A stretch of 64,000 bases of DNA, taken from contig NC_135768.1 of NCBI RefSeq assembly GCF_052425735.1, forward strand, positions 23,250,001-23,314,000, read 5' to 3'. Position numbers and translations under genes: made by a program. The stretch comes from Oculina patagonica (Eukaryota). The notes beneath the pieces are model-generated. The model ran no database searches. It was not told the DNA's origin and worked only from the letters and a program-made list of their open reading frames with translations. Numbering within the stretch: position 1 is the stretch's first letter; every line of letters starts with the position of its first letter. Of this stretch, positions 1 to 11,117 are shown piece after piece.

Positions 1-145
1 GTGAATCTAATCGACTAAAAATCAGTTGCTTAAAATCATTTTGCTGTTAATGAGGGTCTTCCTAACATTGCTATACAACAACAACAGCAACAACAAAACA
101 AGGACATGTGAAAGTTTGAAGGTGAGCGGTGTTCTTTTCCCATGC

Positions 146-1303
146 TTAGTGTTCATCTTGCTTGCTCGTCCCAGCCTCTTCAGAGGAATATTCACCCGGC
201 TTGTAAGCTCCTGTCTTTTGCCTTTGTCGGTGATTTGAAAACCACACTTGAACCTGTGAAGATCAATGAAAAGCAGTTTTTAAAAGTGACACCGACTCTC
301 TCTTCTCCGCTGAGGCCTTTTTCGTGCTGCCTTGATCGCTAGCAGTTCGGAGGCTGGGGAGAGAGGAAAAGAAAGCGCGCGGGGAGCGCTGGGAAGGGAA
401 AAACGAGAATAGAGGCTCCCGCGTTTTCTCTTCTTCCATTGCCTCCCACGCATCCTCGCTCTCGCCTTCCGTCTCCCCCTCCCCCCCCCCCCAGGAAGCC
501 TCTGCGAAGGAGAGAGAGACATGTACCATATTCTCTCTATCAACCCCCTCCCCTCTGTTAAACCTTTATAATAAGTACCTGTTTCAAGGAAAAAAGATAT
601 AAACCCCTGCTCGCATTCTAGAAATTACCTGACGTTTATTCAACTGCATTGTTGAACAGATTCCTCGCACGGTCTCTGCATCGGGTCGTCCACTGCATTG
701 AACAAAAATCTCATCAAGCATGGCCCTCTGCCAAGTCTTCAGTTTCACTGGTGTTGGTGATGGCTTTATTTTGACTTTTAGCGTCGTTGGTGTTGATGTT
801 GTTTCTGTGGCCACAGCAGCGCGCTTTCTTTTTAAATTTGGCTTCTTCGCTTGGGTGTCCAGAAATGACTGCTTTTCAGTGCTGCTAGTTAGGAACTCTT
901 TCATCTTAAGCCACACTACCTTTCCAGAACCACTGGGTAGAGATGGCGGGGGTCGCTTCAGAATGTCGGACATGTGTGATTTTGAACGGCCGATATATTT
1001 AGCAAAGTCTGAACGCATAACACCGTTGCAGTCCAGCCACGTTGCTAAGCAGTCAGCAATTTCTTTTGGAGTTTCAAGCTCTGGATATTGATCTAAATCC
1101 ACCATCACTGCATTGTTTGGCTGGTCAGAACTGACTTCCTTTTCTTCTGTATTCCCTTCTTCGCTTTCTTCATCGCTTGCACATTGAGCGGTCGGAATCT
1201 CAACGACTTCAAACTTAATGCGCTTCGTTTCACGGATTTCATTAAGAGCCTCCAAAAGTAAATCTTTCTGATCTTCTTGAACCTGGATTTGAAAAGAGTT
1301 CAT
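146..1303 (-). CDS. Divergent CUT-class homeobox protein (one CUT domain + homeodomain, ONECUT-like architecture), 2 coding exons, ~260 aa
   Basis: Exon 1303-629 encodes a CUT-like segment (ETPKEIADCLATWL...RSDFAKYIGRSKSHMSDILKRP...VWLKMKEFL) and homeodomain helices 1-2 (WQRAMLDEIF...RPDAETVRGICSTMQLNKRQ). It ends at CAG|GTAATT. After the TTCACAG acceptor, exon 253-146 reads VQVWFSNHRQRQK...DEH*, completing helix 3. The phase-0 intron 628-254 sits at the classic homeobox Q|V position. Confidence 0.8.
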
Positions 1304-3373
1304 GTTTTTGGAGTATCAGAAGACGGGCGATCAAAGGGGTATATGTTCAGATTAAGTCTCTACACTCGTGACAAGCCTTCACAGCAGTCAAAACCAGAGA
1401 TTTTCGAAATCGCTGGAACAAAAAAAAATCAAAAAATTAAATATGGAATAACGTTGCTCCTGCTGCGAAAAAGAAACAAGAGTTTACAAAACAGAGTTAA
1501 CGGACTAAGCTCATGTTTCGAGTAAGTAGATGGGAAATCCAATCGTGAGTGCGGTAGTTCCCAGTCCCTGTGAGACACGGCCATATAACAAAGATGGTGT
1601 TTAAATAAAATCTTGCTATTCATAATTTTACTTTGAAGGCCTAACGAACTAATTTCTTTAGATAAAAATCTTCCACCATTTGCTGAACGAAGAGATACGT
1701 TGGGTAAAATATCGAACCAAATGATTGCTCGACTTCGATCGGGAACGAGGCGCAAAAAAGTTGATAAATCGAACGCAAACATTCGTGAGTAGAAAAAGTT
1801 TGACCTTCGTATTATGGAACTCTTCTTTTGATCGCCTTGTTACAATATCCTTGTAAATACTGAGCTTTAACCCTGTTTTTATACACTACCTTCATTCCGA
1901 ACTGTCGTGGTCTGTTGTGATTTGTTCAACTTGGTGTGTGTTCGATTTCGTTCGATGCCCAACCAAAATCGAATTAGAGCTTAAAATAATCCATCGTTCG
2001 ATTCGATTCGATGAAAATTGCTTTCGATTTTGTTCAATTTTATACCCCAGGATTGTGTTGTTTACCGACTTTAGCCGACAAAGTCAGTCTCTCTTTCCCT
2101 ATGTCGACGAAAAATGCTCATAAAAATTATATCGTACCTTAACCAGATGAAAGTTTTGAGGATCCAAGACTTATCAAAGAACTATCGAACTAAAATGGCT
2201 GCCGTGAACAACGCTGTTTTCCAGTCCGCTCGCGGTAGTCGTGGAAAGGTAAAAAAATTGAGACTGGACTACCGGACAAATACGATCTCGATCAGTTGAA
2301 AAAAATGTTTTACAAAAGACATTGACAGAGAGCCTGAAGAGTCTGATTTAAGTATTTTAGGAACCAACGCGATGACTTTTTGTGATAGAAAGCCAAAATA
2401 GTTCTCAACATATTGGACAGGACGTTCAGATAAAGGCACCACACGCACAAGTAGCAAGAAGGACATGTGTCTTTACTATAAATCAATCCCCACTTTTTAT
2501 ATATTTTCTGAATTTACAACTGCGTGTTTTTTGTCCATTTCCTGTCAATTTCCCCCCATTATTTCTAACCTGGCTTTACCCGATAAAAAGATAAATAATT
2601 TCTTTGATTTCTGATCATTATTAATTCTCAAGTCCTGTCCAAACAGATTGAATTTTGCCTTACCGTGAGAAAACTGGTTTCTAACTACACTCCCAAAGAA
2701 GGACTGGGCGCTATTTGTTCGTACATGTTCCTACGAAGTTTAATGATCGAGAGTATCACGGTGATTTGAATGTTGTTTACGGAGGATTTCTTATTAATAA
2801 GGTAAGACAAAGCACAACGAGTTAGTGAGAGAGAAAGCTCGAGTTTGCTAGTCAACAAATGTTGTCAAATAGAAAATAATTTTAGCCAGTATTTGTGAGA
2901 TCCCCGGGAGGTATTACATGTATTTCCGCAAACACTGACGTTTTGTATTATATTTTGTTTAAAGAGGAAGTTAAATTGGCAAGCAAATTGCAAAATTTCT
3001 GCCTTTTATTTTACTTTGAAGGGCTTTTTGTTTATTTTTTTATACTCAGCTTCTGGTGTCTTGACAAAAAGGAATGCTAGAATTCAAGCATTTTTAAGCT
3101 CTTAAAACTACATGAAAGCGAAATGTATTTGGCGATTTTATTGCAGTGCTTGCACATGCATGGTGAAATAATTACATGTACAGAGAAATCCTGATTTCCG
3201 GGACCCTCAATCTTTTGAACAACATTGCTACTCAAAATTTTAAATGTTATCGTTATTTGGCTGATTTTGCTTAACTCAGTAATACACCAAAATTTAACTT
3301 CCAATGTTTTGAGCTCCCAATTTCTTGAGCCAATTTTCATTTCCTTTCTTAGGTTCAATAAATTGAATTCCAG

Positions 3374-3814
3374 GGCCCAGTTGTTCAAGGAGCAGATAAC
3401 GCTATCCACGGGATAGAGCAGTTTTTGATTGAGTGTCGTAAAACCAAAACCAAAGTAATTACTTCGGCCAATCACAAAGGACACAGACAATCCAGTGAAC
3501 CAATCAAAACTCGAAGCAAATACATGTAGCCGACACAAAGCGCGGGAAAACGTGCACGAGCGAGTCACGATTGGTTTTGGTTTTAGTTCTGATTGGCTGA
3601 GAAAGTGGTGCAAGATTTTTAAGCCAATCACTGAGCGTAGTAAATATATGCAAAACCAAAGCAAACGCAATTTACTTTCGACACTCAAGTGAAAACCGCT
3701 CTAAATGGCTATCCAGTGGTTAAGTTTTAAAAAAGCATACTGCGTTATCCACCGGATAGTGATTTAGCCGGTGGATAGCGATAATCACTATCCACCTTTT
3801 GATCAACTGAGACC
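3374..3814. mobile_element. Non-autonomous DNA element (GGCCCAGTTGTTCAA / TATCCACCGGATA type) interrupted by the MITE at 3414-3703
   Basis: Imperfect terminal inverted repeats (ggcccagttgttcaa ... ttgatcaactgagacc) and internal TATCCA/TGGATA repeats on both sides of the nested insertion. Confidence 0.6.
3414..3703. mobile_element. MITE with TAGAGC(A/G)GTTTT...GAGTGTCG termini, TA-flanked
   Basis: Terminal inverted repeats tagagcagtttttgattgagtgtcg / cgacactcaagtgaaaaccgctcta. A second copy lies at 30708-30964. Confidence 0.75.
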
Positions 3815-4332
3815 AGGGTCATAACTAGCAAGAGGCAAGACTTGCCTCGTCTTGATTTTAATTTAATATGCTTACTTGGGAAAATAATCCCTTGTTGAAC
3901 GAGAATGATTTTTTTCAAGGAATACCTTATGAAAAGTGTTTTAAAAAGAGTATCAGAGCTTCTAGTTCTCCAAATTTCCTGGAGGCCATGCACCCAGAAC
4001 CTCCTAGCAAGATCTTGCCTTGTCTATGCCAAAGGTCTGGTTATGGCCCTGAATTCCACGGCAAGGGACCGTTCATTATTTATGTCAGGGGGTGGGCTGG
4101 CAAGAATAAGGAGTGGGTCACGATCAATCCGGGATCGACATTCATAGGGGGGTCATGAAGGAACCTGCGTACAAAGAGGGGGAGGGGAGGGGGGCTATCT
4201 GTTTTTTATGATTTTTGATTATGATTGCTGGTTATTTTTAAGAAATGCTTTCACTGTTGTTCTCTGATATTATAAATGGAAATGTCAAGAGTCTGAAACA
4301 TAATAGCTCTGTACATCACAGTTTAAAGGTCT

Positions 4333-6494
4333 CCCGTGTAAAAAACCAACCGGGATCTTGGCGGGATCTTGCCGGGATCCTGGCGGGGATCCCGGCGGGA
4401 CGGGACCGGGAATCTTGGCGGGATTATGGCCGCCAAGATCCTGCCGGGAATAAAAATCCTGGCGGCCATAATCCCGGCAGGATCCCGGCGGGATGCCGGC
4501 TGGGATTCCTGGCGGGAAACGAATTCCCGGCGGCCATAATCCCGCCAAGATTCCCGGCGAATTATCTTGCCGAGAATCTCGCCAAGATCTTGGCCTGAAG
4601 AGAAATTCCCCGCTGCCAAAATCTTGACAAGATTCATGGCAAGGATCCCGGCAAGAATTTTGGTTACCGACAATTTCTTTTCTCGAAGAGATTCATGACA
4701 GGAATTCTGGCATTTATTTACAGCGTAGATCAGATACTGACAAACTAATTAAAACCATAGTAAACATATCTTGGCGTTTCGCATACCGGCAAAACAAACA
4801 CACTGGTTCTGTATCAAACAACATCATTTATTTACAGAAGCTTACAGAAAAAGATGGCCACAGTTTTGCTACCAAGCACATATATTTCTCAATGGTTGCA
4901 CAAGTCGGAGAGAGCGAGCTTTAGTTCACAAGCAAAAAAGCGAATATTCTTCTGCAAAATGTTTTGAACGAGACAACAAATACATAAAGGCAACTAACCT
5001 TTACCTTGTGCTCAAGCGAAGGAAGATGCAATGATGTTAACTACCAAACGAGCGAACTATCTTTCGATCATCTGCGAACAAACCACCGAAGACGAAGGAG
5101 CATTCTTTCCCGAAGCTTTTTAAATAACAATACAATATTTAAGCATAAGTTTACGTCTCAAGCATCAACAGGTACAACTTCGCATTAAATGGCCCGTACT
5201 CAAAATGTCTATCTCCTTCCACTCGGCACTGTTCGAAGTTCAACAAGTCCATTGACGAATCCCACAAGATGGCGCTGTCAAATTAACAAGCTGTCGCTCG
5301 AATTAACAGCAAATTCCAGCAGTTTCCACAGAGGAGCTCTTCCCTGAAGTAAGGTCGATTCTAAACTCAAGTTCATAACAAAAGCAGCCAAAAAACACAT
5401 TTTTCCAGCCCTGGTTGTAAAGAGCAAGCACTCCGACTGAAAATAAAATTTTTCTCTTCCCGAGGGTGGCGTGTACAATGTCCCACGTGACCTAAGGCAG
5501 CCAATCGAAACGCTCAGTTCACGACACCTTGCGGGAAAAGGCGGGAATATTCTTCGCTATCTGGGTGGTCTTCGGGAAGGTAAATAAGCTCTAAAAATAT
5601 AAATCTCTTTCATATCCTCTTCGGAGCCACAATTAAAACAGCATCTAGATGTTTGGTTTTTCAAGGCAAAAAGCGCAATTACAGCGGATTCCCGAGTGCA
5701 TTTGCAATTGGAAGAAAAAGGCTGACAGAAATTTGCCATGATTGGCTTTTGTCATTGGATTACTCAAAGGTATTAATTAAGGTTCCTCAAAGGTAAGAAA
5801 AGAAAGAAAGAGTTAAAAAAAACTTGAAAAACAGACCGCGGATCAATAAAAATTCTTATCTTTTAATTTATCTTCACTTATTATCACGCACCTCTTTGTC
5901 GCGCCAATTGGTCTAGACTGATAAAACTTTCCTCCTGGGAATTACCTCCGCGGCTCACCGTCACGTATTATATTTTTTTCGACATTTTAAAAATCAAACT
6001 GGTTTAATTACTACTTTGAGTACTTTCATTAGTACTTTAAGTTTATTTCATCAATACACGCCATGACTTGCATTCCGACCACAGCATAATACTATTTGTG
6101 AGAATTTCAAAGCATCGACTTTTCCCGGTGAGAACTGAGAAGTGAGTTGAATCTCGCCGGGAACGCTACCGAGATTTATTCACGCTGTGAAAAATTTGCC
6201 GTGTTTTTTTTTTCTTGCCGGGATCTTGGCGAGAATATAATTCCCGGCAAGATTCTTGCCGGGATCCGTGGCGGGAAATTCTACCCAGGCGGGATCCTGG
6301 CGGGAAGTCTGTTTTCTTGGCGTGATCCCGGTCTCGGCAAGATTCTTGGCGGGATCCCGACGTTCCGGGAATTTTTTTCCCGGTCGGGATCCCGGCGGGA
6401 TATAGCCATCTCGGCGGGATCTTGACGGGATCCCGGTTCGTGGCGGGATCCCCGCCGGGATCCCGTCGGGATCCCGGTGTCTTTTTTACACGGG
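4333..6494. mobile_element. Non-autonomous TIR DNA transposon with subterminal repeat arrays (CMC/EnSpm-like)
   Basis: 13-bp TIR CCCGTGTAAAAAA ... TTTTTTACACGGG. Dense arrays of GGCGGGATCC/GGATCTTGGC motifs at ~4350-4660 and ~6150-6480. No transposase ORF and no exact TSD seen. Confidence 0.65.
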
Positions 6495-7329
6495 TTCCGC
6501 ACACGTGGGGACAAGATGCAGAGACACGTCGCAGCGACGTGTAGCAGTGACAAAATCATGTGTTGTTCACACCGAGGGGACTTGAAGCGGGGACAGGTAG
6601 CAGAAAGAAAATCACAATGTGACACACGCAAGAAAATGTAGCAGGACATGTTCCAGGGACATGTCGCAGCAACATGCCCCTCGTGTTACGTCCATGTCCC
6701 TCGTGTTACCTTGAAACGTTTACATGGCAAAACACGACCCCAGCTGAGAGGGTTACCCTACCCAGCAGACCGGGCAACCTGCCTAGCCGGGTTACCCCAC
6801 CTATCATGTAAACACGATCGAGTAAAAATGAGAGTTTATATGGACAGGCGGGTTACCCCACCTAGGCGGGTTACCTCACCTACCCGGGGTCCCCCACCTC
6901 CATGTACTAAACAGGCCCTTAGTAAACAGTGTTTCGTCAACAAGAACAAAACATACAGTCAGGGAGTTAAAACGGGGTTTCAAACAAGGTGGCCGTAAGT
7001 AGAGCTGTCCGCTTACGAGAGTGTCAGTTAAGAGAGCTTTGACTGTACTTGTAAGTTATTTATAATGGACTTGTGTCAATGAGCTAAAGAGGCCTATGCC
7101 GCATTTGATTTTTAAGTTAAATTTAAGGAGACTCGCTTTTTATCTTAGGTTTTAGGTTTTAAATACCTTAGTCTTTTTAATGATTTTCAACAATTTTTAT
7201 CAATTTTAGCATTTTATTTTAAGATTGTCGAGTTCGCTTTTAATTTTTTTATTGGTCAATTTTTATGTTTTGAGGACCATCCTGAAAACCAGTTATAGTG
7301 ATTGGAGGCCTCCTCATTAATTATTTTTG

Positions 7330-7331
<2 letters not shown>

Positions 7332-7389
<58 letters not shown>

Positions 7390-7406
7390 ATATTATTATT
7401 ATTATT
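7332..7406. repeat. (TAT)n microsatellite
   Basis: Direct reading; it produces the spurious poly-Asn ORF 7256-7477. Confidence 0.95.
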
Positions 7407-7800
7407 GTATGTAAGGAAGAAAAACCAAAAAACAAAGCAATATAGGTCTGCAATGTGTGCAGAGGGCAAGATTTCATAAACCTTAAAAGTTGGAAAATTA
7501 ATGGGTGATGAGTTTCCTTTTAAGTGTAATTGTCGACTTATAAGCTCATCAAAATCCATGCTGGTTTCTCTAGAAACACGAACTTACATTTCTAGGAGTT
7601 AATCTTGAATATGTTTTTCTTTCATACAGACATAACAAGTTTTCTTCAAGAACAAAAGGGAAAGGAGTGTGTCCTCTTAAGGTGAGGACATAAATGATAG
7701 ACATTTTTGTAACTGTTTTGGGTGAGTATATGCATCAAGTACTGGGTGATTTGCTTCAAAGGGTGTTGACATTTCTTACCGTGTAAGTGCTGTTGTTTAT

Positions 7801-8097
7801 GGGAGGCGCAGTGGCCTCATGGTTAGAGCACCAGAATCTGGAGCGAACGTTCTGGGTTCAAGCCCTGGCTTGGGTCACTGTGTCGTGTTCTTGGGCAAGA
7901 CACTTAAATCTCATAGTGCCTCTCTCCACCCAGGTGTATAAATGGGTACCAGTGATATTATGCTGGGGTGTACCCTAGGAGGGACTAGCATCCCATCCAA
8001 GGGGGAGTAGAAATATTCCTAGCTGCTCAATGCTATCAAAACTGGGTAAGCTCCAGCAGTATGCGCCACTTGGCTTGAGGTTGCCCTTTATTTATTA
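7801..8097 (+). mobile_element. tRNA-derived SINE
   Basis: A/B-box-like head (GTGGCCTCATGG...GGTTCAAGCC) and conserved body CTCTCCACCCAGGTGTATAAATGGGTACC. Long TSD TAAGTGCTGTTGTTTATG at ~7784-7801 and ~8098-8115. Homologous to 31021-31316. Confidence 0.85.
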
Positions 8098-8326
8098 TAA
8101 GTGCTGTTGTTTATGAACCTCACAAAATTCAATAAATGTATTTAGCATCAATAGTATGCTTCAAAATCATTAATCAAAAGATGGGGAATACAAAGTAGAA
8201 AAAATCAATTCAAATTGATGCATAAAGCCAATGATTATCAAACACAACTCGAGAGGACCAGTAACGAGCTAAAATCTTTATTTTCAGGAACATTGTCAAC
8301 ACCTGTGCACCAAAGCAAATTTCAGG

Positions 8327-9367
8327 ATGCCACGGGGCTCTTCCAAGACATCTCGAAAACGCTCTTCCAAGACACCTCGAAAGCGCTCCTCCAAGACACC
8401 TCGAAAGTGTCGTGAATGCAAAGAATGTGGCAAATGGATTGATTCATCCCATTTTAAAGAACACGAAAGAACTCACACAGGAGAAAAGCCTTTCAAGTGT
8501 GATGAATGTAATAAGAGTTTTAGCAGTTCAGGCAACCTTTCTAAACACAAAAGAATACACACAGGAGAGAAGCCTTTTAAGTGTGTACACTGTGACGCAA
8601 GCTTTAGAGTGTTATTAGGCCTACAATCACACAGTAGAAAACACACAGGAGAGAAGCCTTTTAAATGTGAGCATTGCGACAAACATTTTAGGCACTCAGC
8701 AACCCTTAAAAGACATAGCAGGGTGCACACAGGAGAAAAGCCTTTTAAGTGCAAGCCTTGTGACAAGAGTTTCACGCAAGCAGGGCACCTTCAGAAACAT
8801 GAAAGATCACATACAGGAGAGAGGCCTTTTAAGTGCAGCCATTGTGACAAGTGTTTTTACCAAAAAATACAACTTCAACAACATACCATGATACACACAG
8901 GAGAAAAACCTTTTAAGTGTGAACATTGTGACAAGTGTTTTAGACATTCACTATCTCTTGTTGAGCATACTAGGATACACACAGGAGAGAAGCCTTTTGA
9001 GTGCAAGTATTGTGGCAGGTGTTTTTCCAAAGCCACAAACCTTCGGTATCATATTAGAATACACACAGGAGAGAAACCATTTAAGTGTGAGCATTGTGAC
9101 AAGTGTTTTGCTAGGAAAGGAAACCTTAAACAACATAACAGAATACATACAGGAGAGAAGCCTTTTATGTGCCCACAGTGTGGCCAGTGTTTTCGTCATG
9201 AAAAGTCCTTTCAAGTTCATCAAAAAAAACACCGTGAAACTGAGGTGCACTCTAGTGACATCCAATATGATGGTGTTGTAACTGAAGACATGCCAGGTTG
9301 TACAATTGAGCTGTTGGATTTGTCAGATGGCAATTGGCAGCCTAGCCATCCTTCAGAAACACTTTGA
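8327..9367 (+). CDS. C2H2 zinc-finger protein, 10 tandem fingers with TGEKPF linkers
   Basis: 346-aa ORF with ten C-x2-C-x(11-12)-H-x3-H units. Candidate acceptor at 8288 and candidate upstream exon 7630-7681 (AG|...|GTGAG), which could be UTR or extend the N-terminus in frame. Confidence 0.93.
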   Translation: MPRGSSKTSRKRSSKTPRKRSSKTPRKCRECKECGKWIDSSHFKEHERTHTGEKPFKCDECNKSFSSSGNLSKHKRIHTGEKPFKCVHCDASFRVLLGLQSHSRKHTGEKPFKCEHCDKHFRHSATLKRHSRVHTGEKPFKCKPCDKSFTQAGHLQKHERSHTGERPFKCSHCDKCFYQKIQLQQHTMIHTGEKPFKCEHCDKCFRHSLSLVEHTRIHTGEKPFECKYCGRCFSKATNLRYHIRIHTGEKPFKCEHCDKCFARKGNLKQHNRIHTGEKPFMCPQCGQCFRHEKSFQVHQKKHRETEVHSSDIQYDGVVTEDMPGCTIELLDLSDGNWQPSHPSETL

Positions 9368-9400
9368 CCATGCTTTGAAACAATTAAAAGCTGCGATATT

Positions 9401-9733
9401 CAGGGCTGCAAATAATATTTTCACTTGAAAGTACATATGTCCTACTAAGACACCATCTTGGTTGGACAAAACAAAATTGTTGTCAGACATCACCAAAAAC
9501 AAAAGGTTGAATTTTATATTGTTGCCGTAAAATGGTTTACGATCACGGGCGGCAGAGCCAGGGGGGGGGGGGGGGTTTTCCCCCCCAATTTAAAAAAAAA
9601 AAAATTAAAAGGGTCCCCCCCCCCCCCCCCCCCAAAAATTGTCTGGACATCATGTCTGACCACACTTGGGATTTCGTCGGACATAGCAATTGGTCGGCCA
9701 ATGTCCGATGACCGACTGTTATTTGCAGCCCTG
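9401..9733. mobile_element. MITE with CAGGGCTGCAAATAA TIRs
   Basis: Exact 15-bp TIR; GATATT duplicated on both sides. Confidence 0.7.
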
Positions 9734-10681
9734 GATATTATTGTCTTCAGTGTTTTGGAGACTCTGATGGAGGGAAAATAATACATCTGTTTTTTGTTGT
9801 ACTAAATTATTGCATGTTTGTTGTGTTTGTGGGAACTCTGAACAAAGGTTTGTACAGGGAGTCACACAGCCTCATTGTCCAAACCATTTTCAAGTTTCTC
9901 TGTCCTCATAGCGGTACCTGGATACAGGGTCAAAATGCTGCCAATATCAACCTGTTGCTAAGAATGACATTATCACTATTTAATTTTGCACACTTGTAGT
10001 TGAAGCTGAGAAATGCTGAGGACAATGACTGTAACAATTTTTTCCTATTACGGTTCTCAAAATGTTCTTTCAGGGGAACATCTGGAATGGCAGCATTAAA
10101 TGAACAATTCCTTTCCGAAAGCCTAAACATTTTTTTTCTGTCTCAAGAAAATCTTGAGTGAACACTTGACAGAATCTGATTTGATTGTTTTTGACTGAAA
10201 CAGTGAAAACAATTCATTATGATGCATACAATGCATAAATACACATTGTTAAGCTAACCTTTTTTATATATTTTTTTTGTGGACACCGTCTATATTGTAA
10301 AATTTCAGAATTTCAGGTCAGAAATTCTAGAAACTTTTGTACAATTTTCATTTTGCGGGTATTAGATTTCTAGACAACATTTTTAAAAATATAAGAATAT
10401 AATTTTGGGCTATTGTTTTCTTTTGACAAGGAGCAGGATAGATTCATTATTAGGTATGAGGTGAAAGGGAAATTTTTTAGCTCACTACAGCCTTGATAAT
10501 TCATGCAAATGACATCATTTCAGTCTACAGTCACATGCACATTTTTCGATATCCAGGCAACAATCTGTAGCTTGCCCCAGGCCCCAAATGGCTGTGCTGC
10601 TCCCCACCTCCCCTTGATATCTACATTTGCCACCTTTTTTTAAAAAATGTACCTTCCATGACAAATGGGACCACTTTCTTG

Positions 10682-11117
10682 TACAGTAAAAACCTGCAAG
10701 TAAGAACTTAACATTTAAGAACCTGTTAGGCTAAAATTTGCAAATTAGATACCATTTTTATAAGAACCTATTTAGCCTCAAATTTGGAAACAGGTTCTTT
10801 TCTCTAAAATTGATTAAAAATGTTTACTTTTGGGAAATAAGTTTGGATAAAGCATTACTGAGCATGTATATCATGTCATATTCTAATGATTAGTGCTTCA
10901 TTTTTACATAAGCACTTATGTGGTATGCAAATTTTCATACAAGGAATAGGCCGAATACCACAAAATTCTCTATAACAGTATTAAACATTTTTCTTAAGAA
11001 ATTAAGAACCTATTAAGAACCTAATAAGCCTAAATTTGTGTTAATAACCCTTTATGCAAGAACCTATTTAGGCTAACCTGAAAAATAACAGGTTCTTACT
11101 CGTGGTTTTTTCCAGTA
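10682..11117. mobile_element. TA-flanked MITE (Tc1/mariner-type termini TACAGTAAAAAC)
   Basis: Imperfect TIR tacagtaaaaacctgcaagtaagaac / gttcttactcgtggttttttccagta. A related, inverted copy spans ~62558-63560. Confidence 0.65.

Noticed and set aside
3077-3692. 203-aa ORF
   Set aside because: It runs across nested MITEs, so it is a chance open frame.
4245-4673. Overlapping Pro/Gly/Arg-rich ORFs here and at 6147-6649
   Set aside because: They arise from GC-rich GGCGGGATCC subterminal repeats of the TIR element and show no domain signal.
7256-7477. Poly-Asn ORF
   Set aside because: Translation of a (TAT)n microsatellite.
8412-9281. Alternative-frame and antisense ORFs over the zinc-finger array
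   Set aside because: Usual shadows of repetitive C2H2 coding sequence.
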